A DNA stretch of 28,990 nucleotides from assembly GCF_000281045.1 (NCBI RefSeq), contig NW_008246099.1, positions 560,514 to 589,503 on the forward strand, in the 5' to 3' direction. The position numbers were made by a program, and so were the translations under genes. This DNA comes from Saprolegnia diclina VS20 (lineage: Eukaryota). Below the pieces are notes generated by a model. The model had not been told where the DNA came from. It ran no database searches and saw nothing but the letters and a program-made list of their open reading frames with translations. This document shows, one piece after another, positions 1 to 10,257 of this stretch (position 1 is the stretch's first letter; every line of letters begins with the position of its first letter).

Positions 1-2643
1 ACGGAGGCGAGGACGTTCGTGGTCGCCGCCGCCATGTTGCGCTGGATGCACCCGTCTACATACACGCCCATGAGCCGGAGGCTAATCGTCCTTGCTGCGT
101 ACAGAGCGCGCCGAGGACGGCAAACAAAGCCTCGCGGCGCGGCTCCTTGAGGTCGAGGAGGCGGCGTGTGTCCTGGATCGGCACGGGCATCACCGTCACG
201 GACGCGTTGCGCAAGAGTCCTTCGTGGAAGCGCTCGAACCCGAGTACGCTCGTGTGGTTGCCATCCCAGAAGAGCGCGCGGAGCTTGGTGGTTTTGGGCA
301 GCGCCGAGGCGAGGCACAAGGCGACTTCATCGCCGCCACGGTTGCCAGAGAGGTCGAGCACCTCGAGGCTCGACGCCGACGAGCCTATCGAGTGGACAAT
401 CGGGCGCAGCACCGAGAGGGGGTAGCGCAGCGAGGGTATCGTGCTGCCTATGTAGAGCTCTTGCAGCGCACGCGACGAGGTGAGGAGCGTGGCAAAGGCG
501 TCGCCAGGGCGCATCTCGAGCGGACCCGAGAAGAACGCGCCAAGCATCGAGGCGAGCGGCGTCCCGCCGTTGTTTTCGAGATGCAGCGCGCGGAGTTGAC
601 GGCACGAGCTCAAGGCGGCAACGACCACGGCGAGCTACGCAATGGTCCTGTCAGTCATAACGAGTGCGGCGGCAACGACGCACGGCCTCGTCTCGGAGCC
701 CACACTGGTTCAACCAGAGACTCTCGCGCAACACGAGCGGCGACGCCAAAAACAGGTCGGCGAGGACTTTGCCCTTGGTGCTCAAGTCGTTTTCACTCAT
801 GTCGAGACTCAATGGCTGCGACGTGAACCTTGGGTTGGCGAACCACGGCGTCAAAATCGTCTCCAACCCACGCTTGGGCACGCTCAAGTTCCGGAGCACG
901 AGACTCGCGAGGCTCTGCGTTGCGCCAAGGATCTAGCAAATGACCTGCGTCGACTGCGCATGACAAGACGCCACGCACCGCACCCAGGTCGGCAACAGCT
1001 TCGTCTTTGAGCGTCAAGTGCGAGAGGTCGAGCGACAGGAGCGACGACGTGTGCAGTACCGTGTTGAGATGGATCGATCTCAGGAGCTTTGCCGCATCGA
1101 TATTTGTGCCTGCCTGCACCAAACCATCTAAACCACAATGCTACGGCGATGATACTCACCACTGCCAGCCGCGTGAGGGAGGAGGCTCGCCCAAGCCACT
1201 CGGTGAGCGCTGTCGAGCTCTACGCCCAAGCAATACTAGCACCTCCATATACAACGAGGCTACCTGCAAGTCGAGCGGGTTGAACGAGAGATCGAGCACT
1301 CGCAGCGTCGCTGTCCACTACCCAGCCCATGAGAACATGAAGCGAAGATGGGTCGTCGGACGCTCGGAAGTTTGAGCGTCGTCACGAGCGGCAGCACGTG
1401 GGTCATGCCACATTTGGCCAAATACAAGTTCTGCGCTCTCTCAAGCCCGAGAAGAAACAGGTTGAGGACGTACGTGCAACCCGGACGGAAACTGCTTGAG
1501 GCACGAAGCCAGCGCGACGACCATTTCCCGCGCCAGCTTGTTCTCGGAAAGATCGATCGTCTCGAGTCGCCACGAGCTTGGGTCCTTGAGCTTGCACTGC
1601 ACCACCTCTTCAAGCGCGCTCAGTGCCGATCGCGAGAGGTGCACTTTAGTCAGTCGGAGCCTACGATATTTGCGACTGCACTCCGAGATGGTGGCATGGC
1701 GTGGAGCGTACTCGCGGAGGTTGGGGTTGTAGCCAATGGTTTCAAAGGCGCGTGACACGCCGTCATCGTCAAGGACCACGTCGTGCACAAGGAGGCTACC
1801 GAATCGTATGAGCCTCGAAGGACGCAGTGATTTACCCCTGGAACGAAGGAGCAAAACGACAGGTGCTCACAACAGCCATGGCATCAAGCGTTTTCTCGGC
1901 TGTCTCCATCTCACCACCGCCCGCCAAGAGGCACGCTTCGTAGTCAAGCACGGGTGGCGTCGCGACACTGCTCTCTTCCAGCTTGGCGGCGACCCAGTCG
2001 CGGAAGGGCGCCTTGTACCAGTCGCAATACGCTCGGTATCCTCCGTCAAGGAACTTTCCTTGGCTCAAGAAGCGTCGACAAAGCTATGTGGAAAAGGATA
2101 TGTATGCGTCCGTAAGCCTTGGCGCGTCGTGGGTAAACTCGTCCCAGGCGAGGCCAAGCGGCAGCACCATCTTGGGCTTGGACGCAGGCGGGTACGCGAG
2201 TGCCATCGTATGGAGGCAGCGCTGGAGTGTCCGCGCCACATCTTCGCAGTGCACGCCCGGGTCCAGCTGCAGAATGCGCCCGGCTTTGAAGATGAGCTAT
2301 CGGCCATGAGGTCCGTGAGCACCATCGCAGTCGCTCGCGTGCGTACCTTGAGGGTGTGCGCGCTCTCGGAGGCGTCGACCTGCAGCTTGAGCAGGTCGAG
2401 GAGCGCCCAGTCCTTGGCGACCTTGAGCTTGGCACCAATGGTCTGAGGCTTGAGCGTCAGCACGCGGTACTTTGAGATGACGAGAAGCCGCTTCTGGAAC
2501 GACGCTTTCGGCTTGAACTGCTGGACCCACTTGGCGACCAGCGGCGCATCGCAGCGGCCGGTGAAGGTGCGCTCGACGAACGCATGGTCGTCGTCCGAAA
2601 TGGCTTCGTAGCTCAGCCGGTTCACGGGCCACGGGATGCTCAT
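1..2643 (-). CDS. CARMIL: CARMIL/LRRC16-like protein (N-terminal PH-like domain + RNI-type leucine-rich repeats); multi-exon, 3' end outside the window
   Basis: ATG at 2643 (MSIPWPVNRLSYE...). Exon 1 (2347-2643) has KRLLVISKYRVLTLK, like the CARMIL PH domain. The linker LTDAY|RAYCDWYKAPFRD resembles CARMIL 'Y..xCDW'. LRRs follow: LETIDLSENKL, LRVLDLSFNPL, LLSLDLSHLTL, LSLDMSENDLSTKG, LEVLDLSGNRGGDEVA, LRALFWDGNHTSVLGF and LLRNASVTVMPVPIQD (CARMIL C-cap-like). About 11 introns resolved by hand, e.g. 2297-2346, 2036-2101, 1796-1835, 1661-1711, 56-102. The frame stays open to base 1. Confidence 0.8.
2036..2101 (-). other. U12-type (minor spliceosome) AT-AC intron, intron 2 of the CARMIL-like gene
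   Basis: The minus strand reads GCATAC|ATATCCTTTTCCACATAG...AAAGTTCCTTGACGGAGGATAC|CGAGCG: 5' ATATCCTT, branch TTCCTTGAC ~10 nt before the end, terminal AC. Removing it joins LTDAY to RAYCDWYK in frame and deletes an in-frame TAG. Confidence 0.9.
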
Positions 2644-3075
2644 CTGCCCTTTCGTGACCACGCTGATCTTGCGTTAAAGTGGCGAGAGATATTACGTTTT
2701 AAGGAGGTTTTACTCGACCCACACATGCTTGGCCCTTCCTTAGGGACAAATCAAAAAGCGTGTTGCCGCCGACCTCGCATTCGTGCAGCCAAAGGGCCAC
2801 CACCTGCAGCTCAGTTTGCACCAAACGGCAGAAATCAAGCTTGACACGCAACGGAATCCCCTGTGGTCGGCTAGTGCACAGTGTGCGTCGGGTGTGTTGC
2901 AGATAACACCTTGGCGAGGCGGTCCGATACCCTCCTCAAAGCGCATGCATGATGATCCCCATCGTCTCGGTTTGCCCAAATTCTGTTCGAGTCCACTGTA
3001 ATTGGTGGGTAAACAGAGTTTGAGGTGTTTCTCTGGCCGAGATCGGTTACTCTTGGCCTTTTTCGGGCGGCAACG

Positions 3076-6000
3076 ATGGCAGCGCCGCCAATGACGACGA
3101 CCTCGTCCATGGTGCGCCCTGGCCGCGTCCGCATCGCACCACTCGATGGGCCCGACGAGAAGGCCTTCGTGGCGGTGATCGCGCCGGACGTTGCGTCCGC
3201 CCGCCGGTACCTCGAGGGCCAGCCCATGGGCAGCTACCTCCTCATATTCGAGTCGCCGATTCGTTTCTGGAAGCCTGCGCGGGCGCCCATCACGTCCCTC
3301 TCCATTATGGTGCGCTATCGCACGCACCAGCAGCTTGCGCGGCTTCCGCTCGGCCCGTCGCCTTGGTTTCAGCGCACGAAGTCCTTTATCGAGTGGCGCG
3401 TCGGGTCGGCCGAGCACGAAGTTCGCTTGTCGGCAGATGCGTTTGCCAACGTCGCTTTCTACTGGCGCGAGTTCATGCCGCAGGTGAGTATCAAGGTGAG
3501 CGAGATCTGCCAGGACGCATCGCTCGTTGCTCCCGACGCCACCAAACCCACGATCCTTGTGCCAACCAAGGCGCGGGGACTGGGCATAGCGCTGCTCGTT
3601 GGCGGCGCGTCGTACCCTCTGTGCTTCAACTTTGAGGGTCGCCGCATCGACGTGCGTTTACCGACGACGAGTGGTGCATTTTGGTTCACCTCCAAGAGCT
3701 GGGCGATTCCGTTTCCGTGGAACATCACGTGCGATCGCGGCTTTTTGCAGGGAGGATGACAACATTGTGCATATTAGGTTCAGCGACATCAAGGACGTTG
3801 TGTGCATGCCAGCCAACTTTGTGCCCAAGATGCGCCGCGCGTCGATCGAAAACCTCATGTACACGAGCGCCCACGCACCAGAGCCGCCACCCGCCGACGC
3901 GACCGAGCTCGACCTCCTCGTCTCGATCCAGGTGCATACCGAGCGCATTCGCGATGGCGACGGGCCGCTGCAAGCCGACTTGAGTGCGTGGCTCGACTTG
4001 CCTGGCCTCGAGGCCCACGAAAACCTCTTAAAGAAGCGATTGGACGCGGCAGCGGCGCTCCTGTCGTTGCAGCCGCATCGCACGGGCGGGAAGCGGGCGT
4101 GTGCGGTTGTGACGAGTACTGGCGCCAAAGCCTTCATCGTGCGCCTCGCAGAGCTCTACGAGGCGCACTCAATCGGCCTCGAGCAGCTGCTGCAGCTCGT
4201 ACTTCTACGACTCGACGAGGCGCGAAGCGACGTGGCGTATCTGTTTTCGATTTTGAGCGACCTCTTTGCGCTCCAGGACGTGCCCCGCATCTTCTTCCAC
4301 AACCACGGCATCGCACTCGTGCTCAAGCAGTACAAAACGCTCATGAGCAACCGGGGGCCCATGCGCTGCGAGTACGTCGTAACTACCTCGAGTGTCGCTC
4401 CGGACCTGCGCCTTACGACAACAGCCGAAGCAACCCCGAGCTGGGTCGCCCTCGCCGAGCAGGTCGTCCCTCATTACATTTTGTTCGAGGGGCCCATGCA
4501 TCTGTAGGCGGCACTACGCTTTAGCCACAAGAACATTGCGTTCGTCCGCGACGAGTACTCCAAGCTGCCGCGGACCCCGCCACGTCCGACGGCGCCTCGG
4601 GCGTCGATCGCCCCGACTATCGCGCCGCCCAAGCCCGTCTGCGAAGCCTGCGCCAACGACAAGACGACGCCGATGCTCGTAACAATCCTCGGTTTTGTGC
4701 TGCGTGCGCTCGAGCCGCTCATGCTTCTCGGCACCGTGCTCTGCGAGCCCAATTGGCCGCGCACGCTCGAGTTGGAAGTCCACGAGGTAGAATCCTATGG
4801 TGTCACCAGTGGACTAGATATGTCCACTTTAGATGCTCTATTGGACTTCGCACGCCCATGCATGCTCGTCACTCCTCCCCACCTGGCTTCAGCTCTTTGA
4901 GCTGGCACAAAACATGACCGAGCCGTGCGTGGGCGACTATGTCGTCGCGGTTCTCGAGACGCAGTCGACGCCACCGGAGCATCTCCTCCGTCTTCTTCCG
5001 CAGCTCCTCGCGCCGTTCAAGACGATTTGCTGGCCCAAAGACAAAGGCCTCGACTGCGTCTTGTCCCGCTTCAGCTTGATGAGTACCGAACTAGCCCCAG
5101 CGAGCGCGACGCCGTACTTTGAGGTTTGCGATGCCCTGTTTGCGCGCCTCGACGCCGACAACCAAAAAGCGTTTGCGTCCTGGGCGTGGTCGCACGGGCC
5201 GCCACTGGCGCTCGCCCAGCGGCACGCCGTCATCGTCTTTGGCGTTGACGTCAACCCGCGGTCGTCCGACGCTCGCCACGCCCAACGAGCAGCGCTCCTC
5301 AGGTGGATTGCGCGCTGCATGGACATGGGGGACGAGAATGAGGTGCCTCCCGGCCTCGACGCCATCGTCACGTGTGTGCTGGCGACACCCTTCCCATTCA
5401 CGCGGTCCATGACGGTGTCGGCCACGGAGGCCTACGTGGCGATGCTGCACATTGTGCACGTGGCGGCTCTCCGCGAGGTACGTACGACGACTTGTCGCTG
5501 AGTTGATGTCGTGTCATCTAGATGCGCGTTTTGAACCGACAAGGCATGTTTGATGCGCTCTGGAGCTGCTTCCTCGAAGCGTTTTACCATGGCGTGTGCG
5601 ACGCCCGCAGTCTCGGTCTCTGGCGCTGCGTCACCACCCTTGCGCCAGCATCGTCCCCGCTGCTACCGTTCGTCACCCGCGCGCTCTTTCCCTTTGTCGT
5701 TAACACCTCCGTCGCTCCCACGCCAGGGTTACTCCAGCTGCAGCACGGCAGCAGTCCCAGAATGCCCACAATGCCACTGACACCGACGACGACAGCCGGT
5801 GTCCCACTGCTCAACCTTGCACTTGCGCTAAAACCCTCCAAGCCTGTCAACGACAGCAGCCATAGGAGCACGGAGGGCGACCAAGACGAAACGGTGGATA
5901 ACGAAGTGCGTGCACTGGCGCTCCTCGCAGGCGACGGACGCCATTTTATCGACTTTGTCGAGCTGCTGCTGTCGTACGCTGTCGACGCCAACGACGTCCA

Positions 6001-8343
6001 CTTGCACCCGTTTGTCGGCGGGCGCTTTGCGCAGCCCAAGAATGCCAATGTGCTGGGGCTCGACGTGTTGTTCCACCTTCCGCGACTGCTCGCGGCCGAG
6101 GCCGACATTCTTGACGAGTGGCTCTGCACGTACCCGCCGTGGACGGTGCCTCGGAGCGACCGGCTTCGCGCGCAAGAGCGTCTCCTTCGGCTCTCGTCCA
6201 CGTCGTTCTCCAAATCGTCGCTCTACTTTAAAGAGTTCGAGTCCAAGGCCCAAGGCGCGTTCGGGACCATCTACAAGTGCACGGCCGAAATACCGCTGCG
6301 CGACGCCCAGAGCCTCGCGATCAAGCTCCTCGCGCCGCAGACGTACGCGCACGAGCGCTCGGTGGTGAGCGCTCTCTACAACGAGGTGCTCGTGCTCCAG
6401 CACCTCCGCGGCTGCGTCGCGGCCATCCAGATCCTCGACTACGGCGTCTCGGAGGACGGGTACTACATCGCGATGGAGTACGCGCCGCACAACCTCAAAG
6501 AGTGGTGGGCGAGTCACGTCTACGCGTTTCCCGACCCGTTCAACGTGCTCATGACCATCTTTGGCGAGGTCACGACCTTTCTTCCAGTGCCTCGGTACCT
6601 GCAACCCATGTTGTAGGTCTGCAGCGCGGTCGCGGCCATCCACGCGACCCACGTGACGCATCTTGACATCAAGGTGACGACAACTTGTCTCCAGCGGCTC
6701 TTATACGTGAATAGTGTGAGAATGTGCTGCTTCGCGAGGCGTACTGGCCGGGGAACGCAACGTTCGACCTCTGCATGGGCGACTTTGGCGAGTCGTTCGT
6801 CAATGCGACGCCGCGCAACCCTGAATTCGACTGCCTCCACACACGGGGCACCGAGGCCATAAGGAGCCCCGAGATGCTCGATACGACGACCAAGATCAGC
6901 GCCGCCGCCGACATTTGGGCGCTCGGCTGTCTCCTCTACGAGCTCCTAACCGGCCAGCTCATGTTTTGCTACGGTATTGTCGACTCTCGATCCAGCGCGA
7001 AACACTTGTTGTTGTCTAGACGACTGGTCCGAGTTTTACGCGCATCTCAAACACTCGTCCGCGTCGATCGTGACGCCGACGCACGAAGCTACGCTCCGGT
7101 CGAGCCTGAGCAACTTCAACGGCAACGTCGACGCCCACACGCAGGTGGTTTGCCAGCTCCTCCGCTTCATCCTCGTGCGGTCGGCAGCTGGGCGCCCGAC
7201 GCTGAGCGCGATCCAGCGCCTCGTGAGCACCCTCCAAGCCGACACGTCGTCGCTACTGAGCAAGAAAAGTGCGCCCGCGCCGCTGCTCGCACCGTCGACG
7301 CTCGAGGCCATAAGCCACCGCATCCGCATCGACTATGGCTGCGTCGCGTCGAAAAAGCCAACTCGGTTCCAGCTCCACGACCGCCTCTTCGTCGCGACGA
7401 CCGCCGACGCGGTGTTGGCGACCGACGTCATCGTGCGCTTTGCGGCTGACGCGAGCAGCTACGTCCCCCTTGTGGCGCCGCCGCGGCGCCAGGCAACAAC
7501 GACGCTCGACGACGAGAACGATGCGGCGCTCGATGAGCGTGCGAGCGAGATAGACGACCACTACATGGCACAGCTATTCGGTCTCTCGCCCAAGATTTGC
7601 CGGCGGCTCTGGGAGCTGCACGTCGCCCGCACCAAGACAGTACGCAGCCGCGTGTTCGGATCTTGTCGCAACGCATGGAATAGGCGGTGCTCCTGGCGCC
7701 CCCCGACTTGGTGCCGGCGCTCCTTGTTATTGTTTACATGTTCAAGATGACGTTTTTCGGGCTCTCGGGCTTTGAAGCCGTCAAGGAAGCGCAGCGCGCA
7801 ATCAACCCATACGCAGGCTACACACCGTCGCCAAAGGCCCTCGCCCACCTCTTTCTCTGGGAGGAGACGCGGGAGCGCACGACCCTGCACGACGCCGCCG
7901 TCGCCTTTCAGGTGCGTGCGTCGAGCGACCTCTGGTGCGATACTGGTGTCTTCTAGTGCTTTTGCGGACAGTGCAGCCTCGAGCTCACGACGATCTCGAC
8001 GGTCGTGTGCTGCGATGCGCAGAAACCGTGTGCTCTCTGTGCATATGTCGACCAACAGCTGAAGAACGCGCTGGCAGCGACCTACGGTGGCGCCTTCTCT
8101 GTGGCGTGGCTCCTCGCGTCGACGATCGAGCCGCGCGATTTGGCCCACCTCCCGTCGCGGGCGGTGCCCGAGCTTCTCGGCGACTTGCCCGAGTGGAGTG
8201 TCTACGGCTGCAGCGTTTGCCGGTGCATCACGCATGCGGTCGACAAGACGACGCGGACGACCCGGCACGTGGCCGCGATCCCAGCGGGCCTGTCATGGCG
8301 GTCGGCGCAGCGCCAGTACTACTACCAGCGCGTTGCACCGTAA
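3076..8343 (+). CDS. Large multidomain Ser/Thr protein kinase (~1,620 aa) with a C-terminal DSP-like pseudophosphatase and a Cys-rich domain
   Basis: Ten exons splice in frame: 3076-3710, 3751-4462, 4508-4786, 4833-5477, 5522-6568, 6617-6673, 6715-6973, 7020-7639, 7684-7911, 7957-8343. Kinase motifs are AQGAFGTIY, LAIK, LYNEVLVL, HLDIK|CENVLL, MGDFGES, GTEAIRSPE and ADIWALGCLLYELLTG. The N-terminal exon structure is less certain. Confidence 0.8.
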
Positions 8344-8464
8344 ACTCAAAAGGTCGTAAGACGTACAACAGAGATTATTTATTACGAGGACGAGCGGCTT
8401 TTAAGATAGCGCCTTCGACGTGGGCGCGAGATAGATAACGATTAGATAGGCCAAGGCGGGACGC

Positions 8465-8899
8465 TTACTCGGTGGCCGGGATTGCGCTCGTCCGCACAGA
8501 GTTGCTGCGTCGGCGGTGCACGAACGCTGCGTCCGGCCCCACGGGCGTCGGCGGCGTCGACTTGGAGCCGACCGGCGACGTGGCCGAGGTCGTGCTGCTG
8601 TTGCTGCCGTTGCGGCTGCGCGACGTCTCGTTCTTGGCCATGATGAGCTGGATCTGCGAAATGTAGTCCTGGCACGGCGTCGGGAGGTCGCTCTTCGAGT
8701 GGTTCTTGGCCAGGAGGAGGCACTCGCTCTTGCTGCGGGTGCGGCGGGCGCGGCGCAGCTCCTCATGGTCTCCCGTGTTGTGGCCAAAGGGCACGGGCGC
8801 CGTGTCGATGCTGGCCGGGCGGGCAAAGGGCGCGGGCGGCGGCGACGTCGGCGTCTCGTCGCTGCGGCTGAAGCGGCGGGCAAGGTTCTTGAGGTCCAT
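8465..8899 (-). CDS. Hypothetical small Ser/Thr/Pro-rich protein (144 aa), single exon
   Basis: ATG-to-TAA ORF with the genome's C/G-ending codon bias, AT-rich flanks and a CCAAT-like motif upstream. No recognisable domain. Confidence 0.7.
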   Translation of the reverse strand: MDLKNLARRFSRSDETPTSPPPAPFARPASIDTAPVPFGHNTGDHEELRRARRTRSKSECLLLAKNHSKSDLPTPCQDYISQIQLIMAKNETSRSRNGSNSSTTSATSPVGSKSTPPTPVGPDAAFVHRRRSNSVRTSAIPATE

Positions 8900-9095
8900 C
8901 GGAGTATTGATGTTGGTTGGGATCTGAAAAAGGAAAAGTGGAGATCTATGCTCGAAGTTTACGCAGAATTCGGCGCAAATTATTTTAAACGTTTCATTGC
9001 AGCAACTGACGCCACTCTTACAAAACCCAAGTTCTGTGACCGATGCACCACATTAAAATACGTTCGACATAAATAGATCACTTAAAAGGACGCGC

Positions 9096-9110
9096 TGTGA
9101 TTGGTGGAAA
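9096..9110. promoter_or_regulatory. CCAAT-box-like element (TGTGATTGGTGGAAA)
   Basis: Resembles the extended oomycete CCAAT motif (TGATTGGY..AAA). Lies ~200 bp upstream of the 144-aa gene. Confidence 0.4.
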
Positions 9111-9615
9111 TCTAAACGCACACATTCGCGAAACTTAGCGAAAGCTCCGTCCGAGCGCTTACGTGGCCCACGAGTTAGTCGAAATATCTTTGCTGCATCG
9201 ACTACCTCTCTCTTTGCAGAGCTACCCTCGACGGAGATGAAGGAAGCGATTGCTGGAAGAGCGAGATCGAAGCGCCGTGGACAAGCTTCCGCGGGTTCGG
9301 CCATATGGTTTGCCCCTTCCCCGCGGCTATGCAACTGTCGGTCGAGCTTGCAGTTTGTATGCTGCAAAACGACGGATTCGCTTATTCAGTACAACTGGGT
9401 AAAATCGCCGCAGGTTCAAGTTGGTACGAGCGCCTCTCGAAGCTTCGACTTTTTCCATTTGTTGACGGGTGCTTGGTCCTTCTGTCAGCACACACGACGC
9501 GAGATGATGATCGCTTGCCTCATCGCAGCAATTGGTTTCATCGCGACGAGATGCGTCAACGAGTAGCATGTCGTCGGTCGTGCACCTGAGGTACTGAAAG
9601 AGCGAATAGCATCCA

Positions 9616-9658
9616 AATTGCCATTTTCGGGTACCATTTGCACCCGAAAGTGGCAATT
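9616..9658. repeat. Inverted repeat / hairpin with 17-bp arms and a 9-nt loop
   Basis: AATTGCCATTTTCGGGT-accatttgc-ACCCGAAAGTGGCAATT: 16 of 17 Watson-Crick pairs plus one G.T. Confidence 0.75.
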
Positions 9659-10257
9659 GGCGGCTACCTCTGTCGACGTCAGCGTCAGCGGAAGCCTCCG
9701 GGGAGCCCGCGACTCACGCCATGTGCATGGACGCGACCTATTTGATGGCAAAGAAGCGTCGCGGGAGCAGCGAGCGTACGCAAGAGCCAGCGCCGGCACG
9801 CGCTGCCATCAACCAATGCAGCACGAGGTGCACAGTCGACCCCGCCCCGTCACGCGCCACGATCAGCTCCGTCACTTTGCCCAAAGGAATATTCCCTTGC
9901 TTATCGCCATCAGCTCCATGTCTTTTACTTTTCTCCCATGTGACCGTCGAATGGCTTCCTCTACATGAGCTGGGCGGCAACTGCATCATGAGAACAGTAG
10001 CCACCACAGAGGAATCGCACGCCTGGTACCTGGGAGAGCTAATTCGGCAGCCAAATCGTCATCGCTTCGTAGGCGCACTCGCGCTATGGGTTGTTCGGAC
10101 TTGCGGACCCGAGAGCGTTGTGTTGATCACTCGAGCATCATGCACACAGTATTTCCGTTAGGACTTTTGCGCGATTACGTGTGTTTAGTGTGGAATCGTA
10201 CACTATTTCGAGGTGGTCGCGAAACGGTGCAGATCCACGACCGCGATCGGCTCGTCG

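Noticed and set aside
2036..2044. GTATCCTCC on the + strand, resembling a U12 GT donor
   Set aside because: It is just the reverse complement of the real intron's 3' end, and there is no + strand gene here.
1832..2068. Reading SQGKFLDGGY as coding, using a GT/GC-AG intron or TAG readthrough
   Set aside because: Needs a very poor GC donor or a GAG acceptor. The AT-AC solution matches all three U12 signals and gives a cleaner protein.
3484..3500. Strong donor-like CAG|GTGAGT in kinase exon 1
   Set aside because: The frame stays open with coding-like codons, and no acceptor at the typical ~45-nt distance is needed. Cannot be supported without RNA data.
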